DNA from: a virus
Taxonomy: Duplodnaviria > Caudoviricetes
Strand: one strand, 5' to 3'
DNA length: 34,788 nt
Virus record (IMG/VR): IMGVR_UViG_3300030098_002487
Coordinates: 1-34,788 of that record
The translations under genes were made by a program, and so were the position numbers. The notes beneath the pieces were generated by a model, which was not told the DNA's origin, did no database searches, and saw only the letters and a list, made by a program, of their open reading frames with translations. Shown one piece after another: positions 20,803 through 29,300 of this stretch. The first letter of the stretch is position 1. Every line of letters begins with the position of its first letter.

Positions 20803-21186
20803 ATGGCAACACTTACAATACAATTACCAAGATCTGAGTATCCTTCTTTACAAGTAGGAGATATATTATATTCAGGAACAGTAAATAGTGATACATCTGG
20901 AGGGTTTAGTACAGTAACAACTAATCCTAGTTCTATAGGTGCTATTAAAACTATAGATAATACAACATCTTTAGAGAATGGTACACTCACTACAACTATT
21001 ACTTTAGATATACCTGATACTGCAACTGGTCCTACAGTAAATGATTTTTTATTATTTAAAAAAGATAGTAAAGTAAATACAACATCTTTACTTGGATATT
21101 ATGGTTCTGCTAAATTCAAAAATAATTCTAAAGAGAAAGCAGAATTGTTTTCGACAGCTTGTGAAATCAACGAAAGTAGTAAATAG
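20803..21186 (+). CDS. Small structural protein, tail block
   Basis: SLQVGDILY..FLLFKKDSKVNTTSLLGYYGSAKFKNNSKEKAELFS; beta-rich, last gene before the second promoter-like repeat. Confidence 0.55.
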   Translation: MATLTIQLPRSEYPSLQVGDILYSGTVNSDTSGGFSTVTTNPSSIGAIKTIDNTTSLENGTLTTTITLDIPDTATGPTVNDFLLFKKDSKVNTTSLLGYYGSAKFKNNSKEKAELFSTACEINESSK

Positions 21187-21196
21187 TTGCTAAAAA

Positions 21197-21216
21197 ATGT
21201 AACTATATAATAGTAA
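21197..21216 (+). promoter_or_regulatory. Candidate phage promoter/operator, copy 2 (ATGTAACTATATAATAGTAA)
   Basis: Exact match to 11187-11206. Intergenic, 14 nt before the ATG at 21231. Confidence 0.65.
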
Positions 21217-21230
21217 TAAAATTTAATTTA

Positions 21231-21725
21231 ATGAATAAATTGCAAAAAATACCGGAATTTGGTATTGGTAAAGATTTTGAAGCATCTGTTACAAAATTAG
21301 AAGATTATTTAAAGTCTATTGCAGACGGTAAATCTGTTATAGTTGGTACAAAAAAAAATCCTATAGTTAATAACAACGATCAAATACCTATTAATCATTT
21401 TTTTATGGACGGTGTTTACGTTAGAAAAATGACAATGCATCAAGGTTACATAGTTGTAGGCGCTATACACAAGCATCTTCATATGTGTTTTTTACTAGAA
21501 GGTCATTTAAGTGTAGCTAGTGCTAATGGTGTAAAAGAGTATGTAGCGCCATGTTATATAATATCTGAACCAGGAGAAAAAAGAATACTGTACGCTCACA
21601 AAGACTCACAATGGTATAATACTCATAAAAATCCAAGTAATACAAAAAGTGTTGAAAAATTAGAAAAAGAAATTGTAGCATTAAATTATGAAGAATACAA
21701 AAAGTATAAACAACAAAAAAAATAA
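21231..21725 (+). CDS. Cupin-fold (double-stranded beta-helix) protein
   Basis: HFFMDGVYVRKMTMHQGYIVVGAIHKHLHMCFLLEGHLSV..APCYIISEPGEKRILYAHKDSQWYNTH shows cupin strand spacing with clustered His residues. Confidence 0.65.
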   Translation: MNKLQKIPEFGIGKDFEASVTKLEDYLKSIADGKSVIVGTKKNPIVNNNDQIPINHFFMDGVYVRKMTMHQGYIVVGAIHKHLHMCFLLEGHLSVASANGVKEYVAPCYIISEPGEKRILYAHKDSQWYNTHKNPSNTKSVEKLEKEIVALNYEEYKKYKQQKK

Positions 21726-21728
21726 ACA

Positions 21729-22406
21729 ATGTCATTTATAATAGCAGGATTAGCAGTAACAGCAGCCGGGTCAATATACGGTGGTTTAGCTCAACGTCAG
21801 ACAAGGATAAAAATGGACGAAAGAAGAGAAAACGAGGAGCGTAAACTTAACGCGCAAAGAGAAGTTTATCAAAATTTAGACACAAGTAATCCATTTTTAA
21901 ATATGGAAAATACTATGGAAGACTTAACTATAAATCAACAGCAAGCTGATTTTGAAAGACAGTCTTTTGAGCAAAGTCAATCTAATATACTAGAAGGATT
22001 AAAGCAAGCGGCTGGCGGTAGTGGTGTTGCGGCTTTAGCTCAATCTTTAGCTTCGCAAGGTCAATTAGCCTCTCAAAAGGCCGCAGCTAGTATAGGTATG
22101 CAAGAAAGGCAAAATGAAATGGCAAGGGCGCAAATGGCTGGTCAAATACAGTCACAAGAAAGAGCTGGTGAGCAATATAGTCAACAAATGGAAATGCAAA
22201 AGCAAGGACAGTTAATGGGCTTAGCACAACAACAACACAACATGTACCAAAACGCCGCTTTACAAGCTGAGCAGGCTGGTAATCAAATGATGCAACAAGG
22301 CATAACGCAACTTGGTGGTTCGTTTACACAATTAGGTGGAATGAAAGCAGAGCAAATAGCAGTTGGTGATACTACTAAGGCTAAATATAAATTTGGAAAT
22401 TCTTAA
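21729..22406 (+). CDS. Putative internal virion / DNA ejection (pilot) protein
   Basis: Hydrophobic G/A-rich N-terminus (FIIAGLAVTAAGSIYGGLA) followed by a Q/A/M-rich coiled coil, as in podoviral ejection proteins. Confidence 0.6.
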   Translation: MSFIIAGLAVTAAGSIYGGLAQRQTRIKMDERRENEERKLNAQREVYQNLDTSNPFLNMENTMEDLTINQQQADFERQSFEQSQSNILEGLKQAAGGSGVAALAQSLASQGQLASQKAAASIGMQERQNEMARAQMAGQIQSQERAGEQYSQQMEMQKQGQLMGLAQQQHNMYQNAALQAEQAGNQMMQQGITQLGGSFTQLGGMKAEQIAVGDTTKAKYKFGNS

Positions 22407-22408
22407 TT

Positions 22409-23323
22409 ATGCAGACAGAATTTAAAAAAATATTACTTAAGCAATATAATAAAGACACGCCAGGTGTTGATGATAAACAAAAGCACCTTAACACTGTTCT
22501 TAATTATAAACAAAACTATTTAAATGCACCAAATCAAAATGCAAGAAATAGTATTATATCAGATTTAGGTACTTATTCAAAAAATGTTATAAAAGTTGAA
22601 GAATTTAAAATGGACGCTGTTAGTACTTTTTTAAACGAAGATATTGTAGGAAAAAATATTGAACAAAAACTAGGTAAGCCTATGACTCAGTTTTTTGGCA
22701 GTGCGCTTGATGGAACATTGCCTTATGAAATAATAAACGATGAGGCTGTTTACAATGTGCCAAATATTAATAATCCTAACGATCTGACACCAAATTATAA
22801 AAGTTTGTATGAGCTACAGGATTATATTGATTCTACAAAAATAGATCTAGATAGTAAAGATCAATTAAATGCTATGATTACTAATTCTTCTATCGAAGCG
22901 TCAAATTTAAAACCAGGACAAAGTATAGATTTTAATTATAAAAAACACAAATTAAATATAAAAAATAATATACTACCAAACGCTGATTTAAACTCTTTAA
23001 TTAATGATGAAATATTTGGTGGAAGAACTTTTAAAAATGATTTAGTAGAATCTATAATGGAAGCAACTTACGCTGATTTAGGTATTGCTTTGTCTAAAGA
23101 AGAAATAAAATCACTTGATCCTACTAACGATGGTAAAGTTTCTTTTGCTGACGCTATGGTTATATTTAATAAACTAATGAGTGATAAAGAAAAAGTAGAA
23201 GATTATTTAGCTGATTACTATACAAAATTTATGGAACAAAATTTTAATAATAGTATTAGTAAAGAAGTAATACAAAGTCAAAATAAAAAAGAAAATGGAT
23301 ACAATCCATATGAGTTTGCTTAG
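22409..23323 (+). CDS. Hypothetical protein, probable internal virion protein, with an EF-hand-like loop
   Basis: Sits between the pilot-like gene and the giant gene; contains DPTNDGKVSFAD flanked by helices. Confidence 0.5.
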   Translation: MQTEFKKILLKQYNKDTPGVDDKQKHLNTVLNYKQNYLNAPNQNARNSIISDLGTYSKNVIKVEEFKMDAVSTFLNEDIVGKNIEQKLGKPMTQFFGSALDGTLPYEIINDEAVYNVPNINNPNDLTPNYKSLYELQDYIDSTKIDLDSKDQLNAMITNSSIEASNLKPGQSIDFNYKKHKLNIKNNILPNADLNSLINDEIFGGRTFKNDLVESIMEATYADLGIALSKEEIKSLDPTNDGKVSFADAMVIFNKLMSDKEKVEDYLADYYTKFMEQNFNNSISKEVIQSQNKKENGYNPYEFA

Positions 23324-23372
23324 CGGCAAATAAAACAAAATATTTATTAACGGGTAACTAACGAAACAGTTT

Positions 23373-26300
23373 ATGAAAAATTTAAAATACGAGCTATTAA
23401 TAGATGGTAAAAAAGAAATAGCTTATGTAAATCCAGAAAAAAAAGAAAACTTTTTAGAAAAACATACAAATAATTTTCCAGTAGAGATAATAAATGATGA
23501 AGAGTTAGATTTTAAAATCAAATCTAATAAAGTCATACAAGCAAATGAAGATCCTAGCCTGGGAAAGTTCAAGGGGACGAGTCTGTCCCAACCAATCACA
23601 ACAGTAGATACGGAATCCAATTTGGAAGATACTTCTTCGGACTATATTATTGATGTAGAAGATTATGATTTTTCCTCGTTACCGTCATCAAAAAGTAACT
23701 TACCTTATGATGATGGAGGCAGCGCAAATGATTTTGAAAATAAATCTAGCACAGGTGACACTCAAGAAATAAATAATACTGGAGAAACATTAGGTGATGA
23801 CCAAATAAGATTTAATGAATTATTTAAAAAATATAATAAAGAAAATTTAAGTTACGAAGAATTTTATAATTGGTTAGCGCCTGGATGGAAAAGAAAAGGT
23901 GGACCAGGTGGAAGAGAAATTCTCCAACCTGGCCCTGGAGGAAAAGTACAATATGGAGAAAAGCTTAGAGGTGATGAATTTAATATCTTTGGTATTAGTG
24001 ATAAAACTATGTCCTTTCAGGGTTTAGCAAAAAACCAATTTATACAAAAACAGATAGATCAAGGCAGTAGTAAGACTGATGCGGAAACAATGTGGTATGA
24101 GTTAGTGTTTTTACATGATATATACTTGAATACTGCTAAAATGCATGATTTAAAAGAAGGAATGAGTATTGGTAGGTACAACGTTCCAAGATATTTTAAA
24201 GAAAAAGCATCAGATGATTTAACTACAGAAATAAACGAGCTTGAAGAAGTTAGTTTATTAGAACAAACAAATACGTTTTTACCTACAGTAAATGGTGAAT
24301 TATATTCTTACGAGTTACACGATCCAATTATAGCGCAAGATATAAATAATAGTTTTGATAAATTTTTAACTGAAAATGTTACTTATAACTTTGCAGAATT
24401 TCAAACCACACAAAATGAAGATTGGAAAATATTTCAAAAAAGCGATGAATTCAAACCTATTTTAAAAAATGTATTAAAAAAAGTTGAGAAAAAGTTTAAA
24501 AAAGAAACACAGCTTTTTAATCAAAAATTTGAAAAAGAATTTCAATTAATTAAAGAGTCTGTAAATAAGCAAATAGAAAAAAAGTTTCCTAATGGTAAAT
24601 GTGGAACGCACGTTCCTTCTTTAAGCCAAGTGAAATCAGGTAATTTAGATCCATCATGGGCAAGTAATCCAGTAAGAACTGACTGCTGGAACCCTGAAGA
24701 CTTAGAAAAATTTAATGACATACTTAAACAAGAGGGTAAAAAACTTGAAAAAAAATTAGGATGGGACGATCTTATAAATCAAAAAACAATATTCCAAAAT
24801 GAACTTCTTGAAAAAAATAAAGTATACTTAAATTTTAAAGAAAAGCAAACTACAGAAGGAGAAAAATTTATAGATAATGCTTTTCAAGTATTTTTTGCTA
24901 AATACAAACCAACTCTAACTTATTGGGAAAAAGAAGATTTAACAGATATAGCAAGAGAACTAAATCAACTAGAAGAAGGTAGATTAGAACCAACTGAAAA
25001 AAGGATATGGTTAAATGGTAAATTAGAGCAACGCTTAGCGGGTGCTGCACTTGGTGAAGATGAAAAAGAACTTTTAAAAGAAGAGTATTGGAGATATTTT
25101 TATCATTTATTTAGACAAGAAGAAGTAAGGACTGATGCTCCAGATAGGTATTATTTCACACAGGCGCGTATAGTAGCAGATAGTCGCGGTACACGAAAGG
25201 TGCCAGGTAGAAAGATGGATAAAGCAACTGATGGAATAGACAACGATAAAGACGGGCTTATTGATAAAGAAGATCCAGATTGGGACGGTGCAATTACTTT
25301 TGAAGTAAAAGATTCTCAATTTTTCAGAGAAACTGTAGCTGATCATCTTATAATAACTGCTAAAGATAGTTTAGAAGAAAATCAAAATGCTATTATTGGA
25401 TCTGGTTATACTTTAAATCATGATTGGTTAAGAGATTGGGAGGCTGGTAAAAGTATTTCAGGAAGAGAAGCGTTCTTGAATTCAAATAATGAAGGATTAT
25501 CCAAACCACACCACGCTAGCGGTGGGGGTAAAAAAATTATAAAGTCTATGGTTAATAGCCAATATGGTACACGCGTTGCAACCTATGATCCCGATAAAAA
25601 AATCATACATGCTAACTCTCAGCTTACATGGAATGGAAAAAATTTTAGTTTTGATGACGGAAGCGGACCTCACTCTATGTACGAAATTAAAGAATGGACG
25701 GGTGATCTTGAGAATATTAAAGCGCTGCTTTACGATGAAATGCTTGACAGCGGTTTTACTGAAAAAGATATAGAAAAATTAATAAAAGGCGAAACAATTT
25801 ATATTCAAAAAAGATCTCACCATAAAGTAAAAAAATTAAAAAAATGGGAAATAAAAGAATTAGGATATAATCCTAAAGATTATAAACTTATAGCCGTAAG
25901 TCCAGAAACTATAAATAGTATTGTAGCGAGTAGATACAAACAGCACCATTCTAATCTTTATCATAACGTCAGTGATTATGCATATGACATAAAAAATACA
26001 CCAGAAGACCTTGCGGATCATGGGTTTTTTTCAGGGTTAACAAGTTTAAAGCTTGAGCAGTATTTACCAATATTTTCTGGTATAATTGATTATCAAAAAA
26101 AATCTACAATAAAAAAAATATCAGATAAAGTAAAAGAAGTTGGTAAAGAAAATTTATCTGAAATGGAAAAAATGGTTTTATTAGCATATACTGTAAATAA
26201 TTTAACGCAAGGGTATATTCAAGATAACGCAACAACAAGATATAAAGCTGGAGTAAGTACGGCTCATTCTTTACCTTTTATGATGGAGTTTATAATAGGA

Positions 26301-29300
26301 TCTCCACTATATAGTGCGGCTAGAAAAGTAGTGGCAACCAGCATGTTTAATGTAATAGCCAAAAGAAGCACATCAAAGTTTTTATTAGGATCTACGCAGG
26401 CAGCAAAAATAACTAGTAAAACTGGCAAGTTTAGCATGAATCAAAATTATCGTATACAATATACAACTGCTAGAGGTGGAACTCGTTATATAGAAAGTGG
26501 ACTTGTAAATAATGTAGCTACTGTTCTTGCTTTAAATGCTCAAACGATGGGAGTGGGGGCTCCGCGTATTATGGCAAATTATGCAGAAAATTTAACTGAA
26601 GATTTTCTATTTCATTTATCAGATGGTTATATGGACGTTGTTTCAGCATTTGATGAGCAAGGTAAAAAAATGGGATTAAAACCTATACAAGAAACAATGT
26701 GGAGTGCTTTTAAGAAAGCCTATGGAGTACAATTTGCGGAAGTATTTACAGAAAGAGTTGTTGGTGCTCAGTTTATGAGGTTTGGAACGTACGCTACAAA
26801 AAGAATGTTTAGACCAGGGAGTATGCTAGGGAACCTTACTAGAGACAATGATTTTTTATCAAGAATTACATTTTCTCATATAAGTAGAAGATTAAAATTA
26901 CATAGGTGGCACAATAGGCCTTCTGAGATGGCAAAACAGTTTTTTAAAGTAAGTAGTTATAATAATATTTTTGGTGAAGTTTTTGAAGAATTTTTTAACA
27001 TGCCGCTTCAAAATTGGATAATGGGTCAAGGGCCATTGTGGCAGGGTATTCGTAAATACGATCAATTTGGTAACGATTTAGGATGGGACACTGATACAAT
27101 GGGTCAAATTATGTTGTCTTCTACTTTTATGTCTACTACTATGGCATCAACTGGAGCTCTTATAACAGGACCAAGAAATAAATATGCTCCTACGTACTAT
27201 GTTAATCGTAGAAGGTTTCTTACTGAAAAAGAAGCAATGAATTATTTGCAAACACTTCAAAATCAAGGTAGACTAACTGAAAAAACAGATATTGAAGTAG
27301 TTAATAATTTTGATGCAACTACAAATTTTAGAAACTTTCTTCAAAAAAATGGATTTAATCCTGATCAAGTAAAAAATGATACTTATAAAAAAGTTGAAGC
27401 AGCTAGAGTTGCGGCAGAAATAGAATTACTAAGTAACACTGAAAGTCAAGAAGTAAGATCAGAACTAGAGTCTATTCAACAAGAAATATCTAACGAAAAA
27501 AATAAACCACCTAATCTTAAAGATCAAAAGAAAATAGACAAATTATTAAAACGAAAATTTGATTTATTAAAAGATACTAAAAAATTCTTACTAAAAGATC
27601 CAAATTCTATATTTTATAAAAACAGAAAACTATATAAGAAAACAGTAAAAAATGTTAAAAAAATAGTTGATCAAATACCAGGTAATGATGACTTAGAAAT
27701 AGTAGAAACTTTAAATTCCATTGAAGCAGAAACTGCGTATTTAAGAGAATTAGGATTTGAAAGAAAAGAAGATGGAAATATTTATTATATAAAAGATGGT
27801 AAAATTCTAGAAAACCAAAAAATTACAGACCAAGAGGGTAATTCAATTAGCATAGAAACACTTATAGATGAAGCAAGAACGGCTCATGGGTTTTTTATAA
27901 ATAATACTAAAACAGGTAAACAAAAGTTAATTTTAAATGAAGACTTAGCAATAACTAAAGGAGGTTCTACTGTTGCTAGTCATGAGCTTTTTCATTTTTA
28001 TTTAAAAAAGTTGTTAGGTGATAATATAGAAGTACGTTTAGCGTTAGGGCAATCTTTCATGAAGTATGTTAATGGGATTGATCCTAGATCTGTAGCAGAT
28101 TCTGGTTTTAGAGAAAGACTAAAGCAATATCTTGATAAAGATGTAGCAGAGCAAAGTGAGGAGGCTATGGCTTTATTTTTAGACGCTATATCAACTGGTG
28201 CTTTACAATTTAATGAAGGAACGTTTGCTAAATTAGGAGATATATTTAGACATCTTGGCGGTAAAGCTGGTACTAATTTAACTTTTAAAAATGGTAGAGA
28301 TGTTTATAATTTTATAAAAGAGTTTCACGAAAACGTTAAAAGAGGAAAGCTGTCTGATAAATTAATGCAAGCTTTTAACGATAATATAGAAAAAAAATAT
28401 AAAATAAGTGGTGAGATACAAAGGTTAGTAGAGCAAAACCAATCTTTAATAGAAGATGTAAAAAAATTAGAAAATCAATATAAAGATATTGATATTACTA
28501 CTATATTTTCTAAACCAGTATTAGGCTCTCTTAAAGCTAGAAGTAAAAAAGAAATAAAAGAAGAAAACAAAGAAATATATAATGATATAAAAGATCAATA
28601 CGGGGCTTTATTAGAAAAAAATCCTAATATAACATTAAAAGAAGTATATAATTTACCTGAAAATCAATATTTAAAAGATCAATTAATTAAAAATAATTTA
28701 GGCTTAGCTATAGAAAGGGCTGAAACCGCGGCTAGAGTAGGTAGAGGCTTAAACCTAGAAGAAAAAAAGATTGTTGGTTTTAATGAATTTTTAAGTGGGT
28801 ACTTATCAGAATTAGTACAATTAGTTAACACGTGGGATCCAGCAGCAAATGATAGTTTTGGTACTTACGCTGGTGGGATTTTAAGACTTAGATATGGTCA
28901 AATATTAGATAAAGCTAAAAGTTCACAAGCGGTAAGTTTGCAATTAGAAACTTCTGAAGGAACTGTAGATAGACAAATAGCAGCTCAAACAGAAAGGCGT
29001 GTAGAAGATTTTGAAGACCAACCAATATTAGAACAACAATTAAATATTAGAAGAGGTAAGGTAAAATTTGCTCCAAAATTAAAGTTTGTTAGAGGGCAGG
29101 TTGATTTTTCACCAACTACTAATAATGCTATAGGCAAAGTTATTAAAAAAATAAAATATAAAACTACTGGTAAATATTATGAAGATGTTCAGCAAGATGT
29201 AACCTCTCAAATAAACGAAAAAGCTAGCACGCCAAAACAAGTTCAGCCTACTGGCGTGGCTTACGATATTTTAAAAGCTGTATCAAACGAGTTTGGCGTT

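Noticed and set aside
21350-21358. A9 homopolymer as a phase-variation or frameshift site
   Set aside because: The ORF is intact, and A-runs of 7-9 nt are common throughout this AT-rich window.
23353-23362. GGTAACTAAC as another copy of the promoter motif
   Set aside because: Only GTAACTA is shared, which is too short to support in AT-rich DNA, though the position upstream of the giant gene is suggestive.
23321-23375. TAG read-through or recoding joining 22409-23323 to the giant ORF
   Set aside because: The two ORFs are in different frames and TAA stops intervene in both. Long intact ORFs under the standard code argue against stop-codon reassignment.
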